From an uncultured Phycisphaerales bacterium (GTDB lineage: Bacteria > Planctomycetota > Phycisphaerae > Sedimentisphaerales > Anaerobacaceae), in contig CAVYYI010000001.1 in the NCBI GenBank assembly GCA_963772725.1, positions 1,120,001-1,184,000 on the forward strand: a stretch of DNA of 64,000 nt. Reading direction: 5' to 3'. The translations under genes and the position numbers were made by a program. This document shows, piece after piece, positions 17,898 through 28,319 of this stretch. The stretch's first letter is position 1. Each line of letters begins with the position of its first letter. Under the pieces are notes generated by a model. It was not told the DNA's origin. It did no database searches and worked only from the letters and a program-made list of their open reading frames with translations.

Positions 17898-18632
17898 ATG
17901 AAAACTCTATATAAACGAACGCCATTTTTTAAGGATTGCCCGACGCATTACTGTCCCGGCTGCGGGCACGGCATTGCCCATCGCATGATTGCCGAAACCA
18001 TCGACGAACTGGGAATCCGCGATAAAACCATCGGAATCGCCCCAGTCGGATGCGCAGTACTGGCGTACAATTATCTCGATGTCGATATGATTGAAGTCGC
18101 CCACGGCAGAGCGCCCGCGGTTGCCACCGGAATGAAGAGGACCAACCCTGACAAGATAATCTTTTCATATCAGGGCGACGGCGACCTTGCCGCTATCGGG
18201 ACCGCTGAGATTATTCACGCCGCACAAAGGGCAGAACAGATAACGGTAATATTTATAAATAACGCGACATTTGGAATGACCGGCGGCCAAATGGCGCCAA
18301 CGACGCTTCTCGGACAGGTTACAACTACAACGCCTTTCGGCAGACAGGCTGATATTCAGGGCTATCCATTACGAGTCTCTGAGCTTCTCGCTCTTATACA
18401 GGGAACTGTTTATATCGAACGGTGTTCACTGCATAATGTCGCGAACATTAAAAAAACCAAATCCGCCGTTAAGCACGCCTTCGAACTTCAGGTAAATGGG
18501 GCTAAAGGCCTGTCGATGGTGGAAATACTTTCGCCCTGCCCGACAAACTGGCGAATGTCGCCTGCGAAAGCGGTCGAATGGATTGAAAAAGAAATGACAA
18601 AAACCTTTCCGCTTGGACGACTGAAAGGATAA
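17898..18632 (+). CDS. 2-oxoacid:ferredoxin oxidoreductase beta subunit (TPP-binding)
   Basis: HYCPGCGHG, HGRAPAVATG, YQGDGDLAAIG, NNATFGMTGGQMAPTT, SPCPTNW. Confidence 0.93.
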   Translation: MKTLYKRTPFFKDCPTHYCPGCGHGIAHRMIAETIDELGIRDKTIGIAPVGCAVLAYNYLDVDMIEVAHGRAPAVATGMKRTNPDKIIFSYQGDGDLAAIGTAEIIHAAQRAEQITVIFINNATFGMTGGQMAPTTLLGQVTTTTPFGRQADIQGYPLRVSELLALIQGTVYIERCSLHNVANIKKTKSAVKHAFELQVNGAKGLSMVEILSPCPTNWRMSPAKAVEWIEKEMTKTFPLGRLKG

Positions 18633-18634
18633 CT

Positions 18635-19204
18635 ATGCAGAACAGTCTTTATGAAGAAGTGATTATCGCGGGCTTCGGAGGCCAGGGAATCATATTAATC
18701 AGCAAACTGCTCGCGCAGGCCGCTATGAGGACAGGCAAAGAGGTAACTTATATGCCATCTTACGGCGCGGAGGTTCGCGGCGGCACAGCCAACTGTATGG
18801 TTGTTATCGCCAACAGCCCTATCGCCTCACCGGTCTTCAGCAGATGCGATTCGCTTATCGCAATGAATAAGGCTTCATTTAACAAATTCGCTCCGCAGGT
18901 CAAAAAAGGCGGCCTGCTGATAGTCAACACGTCTCTGATTGAACCTGAAATGGTAAAAAGTCTATCCGGCAACGCCGAATTATCGCTGCTGCCCGCCGAT
19001 GATTTAGCTATTGAGTTAGGCAGTCCCAAAAGCGCAAATATGGTGGCTCTGGGCGCTTACCTGCAAAAACGAGGGTTTCTAACCCCTGACGAAGTCGCCG
19101 AATGCCTGCCTGATGTTCTCGCGAAACGGCTTCACAATACACTCGCTATAAATGCCAAGGCATTACATTGCGGTGCGGAATTTGTCAGGACTCATAATTC
19201 ATAG
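18635..19204 (+). CDS. 2-oxoacid:ferredoxin oxidoreductase gamma subunit
   Basis: AGFGGQG, PSYGAEVRGGTANC, NMVALGA. Confidence 0.93.
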   Translation: MQNSLYEEVIIAGFGGQGIILISKLLAQAAMRTGKEVTYMPSYGAEVRGGTANCMVVIANSPIASPVFSRCDSLIAMNKASFNKFAPQVKKGGLLIVNTSLIEPEMVKSLSGNAELSLLPADDLAIELGSPKSANMVALGAYLQKRGFLTPDEVAECLPDVLAKRLHNTLAINAKALHCGAEFVRTHNS

Positions 19205-19272
19205 CTTGCTCTGACCGCACAAATATATTACAATACTTCGTGAAAACTTACTTTAAACAGGAAACATAGATA

Positions 19273-20538
19273 ATGGCAAAACAAGGTAACAGAAAAAAGG
19301 CTTTTTGCAGTTTTTGCGGACGCCCCAGCGACCAGAACGGCACTTTCATAGAAGGCCCGGACAATATTTTTATATGCCCCGACTGCGTTGAGCTTTGCCA
19401 CAATATCGTTCTTCAAAGCCAGAAGCAGTCCGCCAGGCCCGCCAAAAGCATCACCGAAATTCCCAAACCCCGCGAAATAAAGGAATATCTCGACCAGTAT
19501 GTAATCGGTCAGGACCACGCGAAAAAATATCTCTCTGTTGCCGTCCACAATCACTATAAACGCCTGCTCCACACTGATACCGAAGGCGGCGACGTGGAAA
19601 TAGACAAATCGAACGTTCTTTTAATAGGCCCGACCGGTTCAGGCAAAACGCTGCTTGCCCACACACTGGCAAATATGCTTAAAGTGCCTTTCGCGATCTG
19701 CGACGCGACAACCGTTACCGAGGCGGGCTATGTCGGCGAAGACGTTGAAAACTTTCTGCTTCGTCTTTTGCAGAATGCGGATTTCGATATCGAAGCCGCT
19801 CAAAGAGGAATCGTTTACATTGATGAAATCGACAAAATCGGCAAAACCTCCCAGAATGTTTCCATCACGCGCGATGTCTCCGGTGAGGGCGTCCAGCAGG
19901 CTCTTCTGAAAATGCTCGAAGGAACCACCGCCAATGTTCCGCCCCAGGGCGGGCGAAAACATCCGGAGCAATCTTATATCCAGATTGACACCACGCATAT
20001 CCTTTTTATATGCGGCGGAACATTTGTCGGACTCGAAAACATCATCAAAAAACGTCTCGGCAAAAAAATGATTGGCTTCGGCTCCGAATTGTCGCATCAG
20101 ACCGATGAGAAAGCCGATTACAGCGATATCATTCAGCAGGTCGTTCCGGAAGACATAATCGAATTCGGAATGATTCCCGAAATGGTCGGCCGGCTGCCTG
20201 TTACTGCTACGCTTACCGCTCTCGATGAAAAAGCCCTTATGGATATCCTTACAAAACCCAAAAACGCCCTTATCAGGCAGTATCAGAAATTCTTCGAAAT
20301 GGAAAACGCACAACTTGAATTTACTAATGATGCCCTGCATGCCCTTGCGGAAAAATCCATTAAACGCGACACAGGCGCAAGAGCTTTGCGTGCCATCGCC
20401 GAGGAGTTAATGGTTGATTTGATGTACCAGCTTCCCGAAGACCCCAAGCCCGCCAAATACGTTATCACAAGGGACATCGTCGAAGGCAAAGCCGCCCTGT
20501 TCTCCGCAAGACAGATTCTTAGAAAAGAATCCGCGTAA
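19273..20538 (+). CDS. clpX: ATP-dependent Clp protease ATP-binding subunit
   Basis: CSFCG...CPDC zinc finger, [40 protein letters not shown]. Confidence 0.98.
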   Translation: MAKQGNRKKAFCSFCGRPSDQNGTFIEGPDNIFICPDCVELCHNIVLQSQKQSARPAKSITEIPKPREIKEYLDQYVIGQDHAKKYLSVAVHNHYKRLLHTDTEGGDVEIDKSNVLLIGPTGSGKTLLAHTLANMLKVPFAICDATTVTEAGYVGEDVENFLLRLLQNADFDIEAAQRGIVYIDEIDKIGKTSQNVSITRDVSGEGVQQALLKMLEGTTANVPPQGGRKHPEQSYIQIDTTHILFICGGTFVGLENIIKKRLGKKMIGFGSELSHQTDEKADYSDIIQQVVPEDIIEFGMIPEMVGRLPVTATLTALDEKALMDILTKPKNALIRQYQKFFEMENAQLEFTNDALHALAEKSIKRDTGARALRAIAEELMVDLMYQLPEDPKPAKYVITRDIVEGKAALFSARQILRKESA

Positions 20539-20691
20539 CGCAGATAAAAATAACGGATTACACATTTTCCCTCGATATTTGAATTTACCTCTTTATCCCC
20601 GCGGCAAATATATTATAATACATCCGAAAAATGCCCCTGCTATTGTTGGGGTCGCAATCCTGTCAATATATAAAATGAAAAAAGGTGCACT

Positions 20692-21813
20692 ATGAAAAAC
20701 AGTCACAATTTAGCAGGTTTTTCATTAACTATTTTATTAAGCGTTTTGTTGTGCTTTTCACATCTTACTCTTGCGGAACAAACAAATGAAAAAAAGTTGC
20801 AAAATCGTCAATCTCGCAATTCTGAACGCAAGCTGAACTCTTCAGACTCTGCCATCAACAAAGAGGCCGTAAAAAAATTGCGTCAAGTAATCAATGAAAA
20901 ATATTCTTATCGCGACCTGCGAAATGTTGACTGGCGTAAATTATTTGAAACTTACACTCCCCGCTTGGAACAAGCTAAGACTCCGCATGAATTTGCCGAA
21001 TTGGCCGCGAAAATGCTGGCTAACGCCAAAGATATGCATCTTTGGGTCAAAATCGATAACGAGACCATAGGTGGCTTTAGACGCAATATACAACGCAATT
21101 ACAATATTGATTTACTCAAAAAACAAGTTCCCAACTTCAAAGATTTGTCTCAATATGTAAGTATGGGCCGCTACCCCGACAATATCGGCTATATCCTGAT
21201 AGAAAGCTGGGAAAACAATGAAGCTGAAGTACTTGAGCCGGCACTTAAAGCTCTCAAGGATTTAACGGAAACCAAGGCTTTAATAATTGATGTAAGACCC
21301 AACGGCGGCGGCGCAGAACCTTTAGCACAAAAATTTGCCGGATGTTTTATAAATCAGCCGGCTGTTTACTCAAAAAATATATATCGTAATATAAATGAGC
21401 CAAACGGCTGGACAAAAGTTTTTGAAAGAAAAATCAAGCCCAATCCGGACCAGCCTGCTTATAAGGGCAAGATTGTCGTTCTTATGGGTCAGGCTAATAT
21501 TAGCAGTTGCGAATCCTTTCTCTTGATGATGAAGCAGGTATCGAACTGCAAACTGATAGGCGAAAAATCTGGCGGCTCATCAGGAAACCCAAAACCTTAT
21601 GACCTTGGTAATGGAGTCACAGTCTGGCTCCCCTCATGGAAAGACCTCCGGCCTGATGGCACCTGTTTAGAAAGCCAGGGTATTAAACCTGACATAAATA
21701 TCGTGACAAATCAAAAACTGCTGAAAGAAAAAGATACTGTTCTCGATGCTGCCCTTAAATATTGCGGCTCAAACCATAATTCCTCAAGAAAATTAACAGG
21801 GAGTCTAAAATGA
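20692..21813 (+). CDS. Secreted S41-family peptidase
   Basis: Signal peptide; IIDVRPNGGG, ISSCESF, GIKPD. Confidence 0.88.
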   Translation: MKNSHNLAGFSLTILLSVLLCFSHLTLAEQTNEKKLQNRQSRNSERKLNSSDSAINKEAVKKLRQVINEKYSYRDLRNVDWRKLFETYTPRLEQAKTPHEFAELAAKMLANAKDMHLWVKIDNETIGGFRRNIQRNYNIDLLKKQVPNFKDLSQYVSMGRYPDNIGYILIESWENNEAEVLEPALKALKDLTETKALIIDVRPNGGGAEPLAQKFAGCFINQPAVYSKNIYRNINEPNGWTKVFERKIKPNPDQPAYKGKIVVLMGQANISSCESFLLMMKQVSNCKLIGEKSGGSSGNPKPYDLGNGVTVWLPSWKDLRPDGTCLESQGIKPDINIVTNQKLLKEKDTVLDAALKYCGSNHNSSRKLTGSLK

Positions 21814-22286
21814 AACAGAAAAAATCTTGGCGGGAAAAACTGAACGAAAATAAAGGCCTGCCGAAAATTGAAAGATTCAACAAGAGCAAGGGCAAAAACT
21901 GGCCCGCCGGAACTTACATAATACCTTCTCCTCTCGAAGTTGATGAAATCATGCGAAAAGTTCCTAAAGGAAAACTAATAACAATAAACGAGATAAGACA
22001 GCTTTTGGCGAAAAAACACAAAGCCGATTTCGGCTGCCCGATTACCACCGGAATATTTTCATGGCTCGCCGCACACGCCGCTGAAGAGGACGCCGCACAA
22101 GGCAAAAAGAACATAACCCCCTACTGGCGAACCCTAAAAACCGGCGGCCTCTTAAACGAAAAATATCCCGGCGGCATCGAAAACCTGAAAAACAAACTCC
22201 AGTCCGAAGGCCACAAAGTAATCCAAAAAGGCAAAAGCAAACACTTTACCGTTGAAAATTTTGAAAAGTCTCTGGCCGATATATAG
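21810..22286 (+). CDS. MGMT-family / alkyltransferase-like protein
   Basis: KVPKGKLIT, CPITTGIF, TPYWRTLK, KYPGG. Confidence 0.75.
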   Translation: MKQKKSWREKLNENKGLPKIERFNKSKGKNWPAGTYIIPSPLEVDEIMRKVPKGKLITINEIRQLLAKKHKADFGCPITTGIFSWLAAHAAEEDAAQGKKNITPYWRTLKTGGLLNEKYPGGIENLKNKLQSEGHKVIQKGKSKHFTVENFEKSLADI

Positions 22287-22363
22287 TTAGCCGCCCGATT
22301 TATCGGGGATTGTTTCCAGCTTGTTTTGAATTTTGTTATTTTAATTTGCTTCGTGCTTCGAGA

Positions 22364-22786
22364 TTAGTGCTTATCATTTGATTGATGTTTCTGGTCAAGA
22401 AAAGCCTGCAGAATTTCCGCCGCTGCGATGGCATCAAGACGCCGCTTTTTCTTCTTCCTCGTAAATTCCGCAACAGCTATTTTTTCCTCCGCCGCGAAAC
22501 TGCTCAGCCGCTCATCCTGAAAATGAATCGGTATCTCAATAACCTTTTTCAACTCATCTGCAAATCGCATCACCAGTTTAGCCTGCGGACCCTGAGAATC
22601 GTCCATATTCAAAGGCAGCCCCAAAACAACAGCATCGATATTCTCATTTTTAATAAGCTCGATAATCTTTTTGAGCAATTCCCCTCGTCCCTCAATTACC
22701 ACCAGAGGAGACGCAATAGTCTCGTTCCGGTCGCAGACAGCCAACCCGGTACGCTTATCGCCATAATCTATCGCCAGATATCGCAT
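22364..22786 (-). CDS. ruvX: YqgF/RuvX RNase-H-fold nuclease
   Basis: LAIDYGDKRTGLAV, VLGLPLNMD, QDERLSS, DAIAAAEIL. Confidence 0.95.
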   Translation of the reverse strand: MRYLAIDYGDKRTGLAVCDRNETIASPLVVIEGRGELLKKIIELIKNENIDAVVLGLPLNMDDSQGPQAKLVMRFADELKKVIEIPIHFQDERLSSFAAEEKIAVAEFTRKKKKRRLDAIAAAEILQAFLDQKHQSNDKH

Positions 22787-22973
22787 ATTTCCGTTTTTAC
22801 CTTAAACTATCAGATATTAGCCGCTAAAAGCCATTTGTCCAGAAAAAACAAGCCTTTTGACTAATCCTTCCCCTATATGAACATACCCCCTTTTAATCCG
22901 TATAAGTTAAGTTATTAAAAGAAGTTATATATAAAACTATTTTCAATTGTATCAGTTGTAATGATTTTGCATT

Positions 22974-23351
22974 ATGCGAGAACCGATTATGGAAATTGAT
23001 GATGAACTTGACGCCGCCAATGAAGAACAGGAATCGCTTTCAGGCTTCCACTACAAAAATGGCTTCACACTTTCCTGCACCGACCTTGGAAACGCAGGCA
23101 TAAAAATCGAACTAATCCATAGCGGCAGGGAAAGCAACGCAATTATTTTGCCGCCCGGAAAAACCGAGGAATACGGCAAATGGCTTTTAAATACCATCGG
23201 ACAAAGAAATCTTGACCTCCCTACAGAATTGCCTAAAATTCTGGAAAAATTCGTTAAGGTGAAAAAATTGAGCCGTATGCTCGACCGCGATGATAAAAAG
23301 CAGATTAAGGATGCGCTCAGTTTTTTAAAAATCTCACGGTCGAGAAATTAA
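22974..23351 (+). CDS. Hypothetical protein
   Basis: 125-aa ORF, divergent from ruvX. Confidence 0.6.
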   Translation: MREPIMEIDDELDAANEEQESLSGFHYKNGFTLSCTDLGNAGIKIELIHSGRESNAIILPPGKTEEYGKWLLNTIGQRNLDLPTELPKILEKFVKVKKLSRMLDRDDKKQIKDALSFLKISRSRN

Positions 23352-23384
23352 ATGTCCGCGGTTATTTATTACGTATAAAACAAA

Positions 23385-23978
23385 ATGTCCGATTTCGACA
23401 ATCGCAAATTTAAGGAATACTGGAGCAACACCGAGATAATCAGGGAATACGGTCGAATTCTCTACACATTCAGCGACACAACTTTGCCTTACGTATTCGC
23501 CGCCGAACATGGTAACTACAAAAACCGCACAATCGTGAAAAGAGGCCTCGTCCTCGTTCGCAAGCCCCAGATAATATTACCCAGACACTACAGCGGCCCG
23601 GAGTTTAAGGAAGGTTTTGAGCATGCCTCAGCAATTCCCCCCGAAGTTATCTGCCTGTTCAGAGCTATGGGCATACCCTACTCACATATATCGAATAAGA
23701 CTCTTACCAACGAGATAATCGAATACGGCAGCCTCCAGGATGTGCTGAACAAATTAAACAGGGAACTGGATGAGCAGGAGAACTCAGAGACCGCGCTCGT
23801 TAAAGGTATATTTGACGGAGCGGATATTTCTCTTATGAGATATACCATAAGCCTGATAATCAAATCCGCACCAGAAAACGTAAATGAGTTTTTCGAGCAC
23901 CTCAGACGCCAAAGAGGAGAGCCGATAAGACCCGACGAACAGATTACTGACGACGACATAAAAAAACTCTTCGGCTAA
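23385..23978 (+). CDS. Hypothetical protein
   Basis: 197-aa ORF, co-oriented with the previous gene. Confidence 0.7.
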   Translation: MSDFDNRKFKEYWSNTEIIREYGRILYTFSDTTLPYVFAAEHGNYKNRTIVKRGLVLVRKPQIILPRHYSGPEFKEGFEHASAIPPEVICLFRAMGIPYSHISNKTLTNEIIEYGSLQDVLNKLNRELDEQENSETALVKGIFDGADISLMRYTISLIIKSAPENVNEFFEHLRRQRGEPIRPDEQITDDDIKKLFG

Positions 23979-24100
23979 CCTGCCATTTCCCCTAAAATGT
24001 TCTCCGCATTCAGACTTTTCACACAAAAAGTCTTGCTAAATATCTCGTCTCTGGTAAACTTACGCCACGAATAATAACAAAATTTTAAAAAGGAACGGTT

Positions 24101-25741
24101 ATGAGCGAATATTCAATAAGTCCCGCAGGAGAAAAATTCCCATTGCCAAGCAAAGCAGACTACTCCGCAGAATTCAAACGCATCGAGACTTTGGTCAAAT
24201 CTGCCAGAGAACAAGGCAAAGAAATCGTCGTCGTAATGGGCGTCGGTTTCGTCGGCGCGGTTATGGCCGCCATCATTGCGGACACTGTTGATAAAAAGAC
24301 CGGCAAGCCCAGCAAATTCGTCATCGGCTGCCAGCGACCAAGCGAACGAAGCTACTGGAAAATTCCACTGCTCAATCGAGGCGAATCGCCCGTAAAAGCC
24401 GAAGACCCAGAAGTTGACCCAATGATTATCCGCTGCGTCCTCGAAAAGAAAACCCTCATCGCGACATATAACAGCGATTGCCTCTAACTTGCCGATTGCG
24501 TCGTCGTCGACGTCCAGTGCGATTACAGCAAAGCGAACTTGGCAATATGCGTACCGGCACCGCCGAAATGAAGGCCCTCGAAGCCACAATGAAAACTATC
24601 GGCGACAAAGTCCAGCCAAACTGCCTGACACTCATCGAAACAACCGTTGCCCCCGGCACAACCGAATACATCGCCTGGCCGATTATGAAAAAGGCATTCG
24701 CCGCACGAGGCATAAAATCCGAACCGCTGCTCGCCCACAGTTTCGAGCGCGTTATGCCCGGCAAAAATTATGTCTCCTCCATTCGCGATTTCTGGCGCGT
24801 CTGTTCAGGCTGCAACGACGAGGCCAAGAAATCGCGTCGAAAAATTCCTGCGCGAAGTCCTCAACACCGAAAAATTCCCGCTCACGGTTATGGACCGCCC
24901 CATCGAATCCGAAACAACCAAAATCGTCGAAAACTCCTACCGCGCGACAATTTTGGCCTTTCTCGATGAATGGAGCATCTTCGCCGAACGCAACGGCGTT
25001 GACCTCATTAAAGTCATCAACGCCATAAAAATGCGTCCGACGCACAACAATATGATATTCCCCGGCCCCGGCGTCGGCGGCTACTGCCTCCCCAAAGACG
25101 GCGGCCTCGGCTACTGGGCATACAAACACATTCTCGGCTTCAACGATGACATATTCAAGATTACGCCGATGGCCATCGACATCAACGACACTCGCGGCCT
25201 CCACGCCGCCACACTCACAAGAGATGCCCTCCGCAATATGGGCAAACAGCTCGCCGGCGCCCCCATCCTTCTCTGCGGCGCAAGTTACCGTCAGGACGTC
25301 GCAGATACCCGTTACAGCGGCTCGGAAATTGTCGTCCGCAAACTTACGGAGATGGGCGCCGACATGAAAGTCCACGACCCCTATCTCGAGCATTGGTTCG
25401 AAATTGAAAATCAGGACACCTATCCCGCACCCGGCCACTCTTGGGCAAGGTTCTTCCATAATCAGGAAGGCCTCGTCAATCTGCGCGTCCAGCATGATTT
25501 GGCCTCCTCCCTTAAAGGCGCTCAAGCTGTCATTCTCGCCGTCCCGCACGCGCCGTATCTGAATCTTGACCCCGATAAGATTGTCGAATGGGCAGGCGCC
25601 CCGCTGGCTGTTATCGACTGTTTCGGAATCCTCGACGATGACAAAATCCGGCGCTATTTCGAGCTCGGCTGCGAAGTCAAAGCTCTCGGCAGAGGCCATA
25701 TCCAGCGTATCAAGGACTCCGTCCGAAAATCCGCCAAATAA
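24101..25741 (+). CDS. UDP-glucose/GDP-mannose dehydrogenase family protein (one in-frame TAA and two frameshifts)
   Basis: VMGVGFVG, ETTVAPGTT, ERVMPG, KIVENSYR, GPGVGGYCLPKD, SYRQDVADTRYS across three frames. Confidence 0.88.
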
Positions 25742-25761
25742 CCAAAATCAGCCTCTGTCAA

Positions 25762-25790
25762 TTGACATATCTTTTATGAGCAATTACAAT
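25762..25790 (+). promoter_or_regulatory. Sigma70 promoter for the surE operon
   Basis: TTGACA-17-TACAAT, 20 nt upstream of the surE ATG. Confidence 0.7.
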
Positions 25791-25810
25791 CAGCTTATAG
25801 AAATATTTAT

Positions 25811-26554
25811 ATGCGAATATTATTAACAAATGACGATGGAATTTTTGCGCCAGGGCTTGCGGCGATATACAAAGAACTCACCTCTATTGGCGAGGTTATG
25901 GTTGTCGCCCCCGCCGACAGTCAATCCGGCACAAGTCACAGTATTACGTTTAATGGGCCCTTGATTTGTAATAAAGTTGAGATTCAAGGCCTGTTCACCG
26001 GCTTTAGCGTCCAGGGTTCACCGGCTGACTGCGTCAAACTTGCCGTTATGCAGCTATGCGATAAACCCGTTGACCTGGTGGTTTCCGGAATTAACGGCGG
26101 CGCCAACGCTGGCATTAACGTCTATTATTCAGGCACCGTTGCCGCAGCTATGGAAGCCGCTTTTCTAAGAATCCCCTCTGTCGCTATGAGCTTGGCACGT
26201 GAAGAAAATATGGATTTCGAACGCGCAGCCAAACACTGTTTAAAGGTACTCAAAAAACTGCTGCCACTTAATATCGGCGATGTAATAAACATCAATATAC
26301 CGCCGCTGTCCAAGGGCGAGCCTAAAGGCATAAGAGTTACCCCTCAGTCCACCGGCGGCTTTCACGAACATTATATCCGCCAGCAAAATGAGCAGGGCCA
26401 GATCGTTTTCCAGCTCGCGCTGGGGCCACACAGAGACCAGGACTCCCCTGCCGATACCGCTTCATTGGTGGATGGCTTTATAACTATAACAGCACTTGCT
26501 TCCGATATGACAAACCACAAAAGAACAAATGAACTTGCCCTGAAAAAGTGGTAA
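25811..26554 (+). CDS. surE: 5'/3'-nucleotidase SurE
   Basis: ILLTNDDG, VAPADSQSGTSHSIT, GSPADCV, SGINGGAN, YSGTVAAAMEA. Confidence 0.97.
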   Translation: MRILLTNDDGIFAPGLAAIYKELTSIGEVMVVAPADSQSGTSHSITFNGPLICNKVEIQGLFTGFSVQGSPADCVKLAVMQLCDKPVDLVVSGINGGANAGINVYYSGTVAAAMEAAFLRIPSVAMSLAREENMDFERAAKHCLKVLKKLLPLNIGDVININIPPLSKGEPKGIRVTPQSTGGFHEHYIRQQNEQGQIVFQLALGPHRDQDSPADTASLVDGFITITALASDMTNHKRTNELALKKW

Positions 26555-26585
26555 AGCTTTTCAGGCAGCTTACAGGAGAACTATT

Positions 26586-26876
26586 ATGGCTAAGAAAAAA
26601 GAATCACAAATCTGCATAGTAACGGTTACCGGTGTTGACAGGGTCGGTATCATCGCCAGACTATCAGCCGCTATGGCCAAGGCGAATATAAACATCATCG
26701 ACGTCAATCAGAAAATTATGGAAGATTACTTTGTAATGACAATGGCTGCCGATATAACAAACGCCACCATAGATATGGCAAAAATAAAGAAACGCCTCGA
26801 CAAAATCGGCAAAGAAATGTCCCTCAATATAACAATCCAGAACGAAAATATATTTAAGGCAATGCACAGGGTCTGA
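26586..26876 (+). CDS. ACT-domain protein (UPF0237)
   Basis: TVTGVDRVGIIA, NIIDVNQ, IFKAMHRV; usual partner of UPF0210. Confidence 0.9.
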   Translation: MAKKKESQICIVTVTGVDRVGIIARLSAAMAKANINIIDVNQKIMEDYFVMTMAADITNATIDMAKIKKRLDKIGKEMSLNITIQNENIFKAMHRV

Positions 26877-26878
26877 TT

Positions 26879-28240
26879 ATGAGAATTTCAGTTGAAGAAG
26901 TATTTGAAACCGTAAAAATGACACTCGACCATCATTTTGATATCAGGACAGTTACACTCGGTATCAATCTCAAAGATTGTATGGACAGAAACCTCAATGG
27001 TCTGGTCAATCGCATCCAGAAGCGGATAGTCGAAAAGGGACTCTTGCTCAATAAATACGCCGATGTCATCGAGCAGAAATACGGCATCCCAATCACTAAT
27101 CGCAGGATAGCAGTTACGCCGGTCTCGCTGCTGCTCGAACCTCTGCCGCATAAAATTCAAACTGCCGTCGCTGTAGCAAAAGCCCTCGACTCAGCAGCGA
27201 AAAAAGCTAATGTCAATTTTATTGGCGGCTTCGGCGCAATGGTACAAAAAGGTATGACCGCCGCCGATGAAACTCTCATCGACTCGATTCCACAGGCTTT
27301 ATCCGAAACCGAAAGAGTTTGCGGTTTCCTCAATCTCGCTTCAACCGTGGCTGGCATAAATATGAACGCTGTCGAAAAATTCGGCCATATCCTTAAAAAA
27401 CTCGCGTCGTCATCAAAAAACGGTATCGGATGCGCAAAAATAGCTGTCTTCGCCAATGTTCCGGAGGATAACCCTTTTATGGCCGGCGCCCATCACGGCA
27501 TCGGCGAGCCAGACTTCTCGCTGAATATCGGTATCTCCGGTCCAGGCGTCGTCCGAGATGTTGTTATGCAAAACCCTGATTGCGACCTCACTCAGTTGTC
27601 AGAAGTCATAAAGAGAACCGTTTTCAAAATCACACGCGCAGGTGAACTTATCGGCAGGGAACTCGCTAAACTGATGAACATTGATTTTGGAATCGTCGAT
27701 ATTTCGCTGGCTTCCACAACCTCCGCCGGAGACTCTGTCGCCGAAATCATCGAGGCCATGGGAGTAAAACAGGTCGGCCTTCCCGGTTCTACCGCCGCCC
27801 TGGCGATGTTGATGGATGCCGTTAAAAAAGGCGGTGCTATGGCATCCGGTAATGTGGGCGGCCTCTCCGGTACTTTCATTCCCGTAAGCGAAGATGCCGG
27901 TATGATTCGCGCCGTTAAATCCGGTTCGCTGACACTCGATAAACTCGAGGCGTTAACAAGCGTCTGCTCTGTCGGGCTGGATATGTTCGCCGTTCCCGGA
28001 GATACTCCCGCTGACGTTCTTTCCGCTATAATCGCAGATGAGCTATCTATCGGTATGATTAACAACAAAACCACCAGCGTGCGTGTTATTCCCGTCCCAA
28101 GGAAAAAGGCCGGCTCGATTGTGCATTTCGGAGGCCTACTCGGCTCGGCGCCGATTATGAAAGTCGCAAAAATCGCTTCGCCGAAATTTATCGCCCGTCG
28201 TGGAAGAATACCATCGCCGGTAACAGCCCTGCGCAACTAA
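26879..28240 (+). CDS. UPF0210 / PFL-like family protein
   Basis: DIRTVTLGINL, EDNPFMAGAHHG, GGLSGTFIPVSED, LEALTSVCSVGLDM. Confidence 0.93.
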   Translation: MRISVEEVFETVKMTLDHHFDIRTVTLGINLKDCMDRNLNGLVNRIQKRIVEKGLLLNKYADVIEQKYGIPITNRRIAVTPVSLLLEPLPHKIQTAVAVAKALDSAAKKANVNFIGGFGAMVQKGMTAADETLIDSIPQALSETERVCGFLNLASTVAGINMNAVEKFGHILKKLASSSKNGIGCAKIAVFANVPEDNPFMAGAHHGIGEPDFSLNIGISGPGVVRDVVMQNPDCDLTQLSEVIKRTVFKITRAGELIGRELAKLMNIDFGIVDISLASTTSAGDSVAEIIEAMGVKQVGLPGSTAALAMLMDAVKKGGAMASGNVGGLSGTFIPVSEDAGMIRAVKSGSLTLDKLEALTSVCSVGLDMFAVPGDTPADVLSAIIADELSIGMINNKTTSVRVIPVPRKKAGSIVHFGGLLGSAPIMKVAKIASPKFIARRGRIPSPVTALRN

Positions 28241-28319
28241 TATGCGTTCAGTTTGGCATCTGGTTTCTAACAGGAATAAAGTTTATATGAAACTATAATA
28301 TCGCTTTTTCCCACTTGCC

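Noticed and set aside
24752..25699. Long antisense ORF (315 aa) and similar shadow ORFs over clpX, UPF0210 and lon
   Set aside because: Antisense shadows of well-supported genes, explained by codon bias
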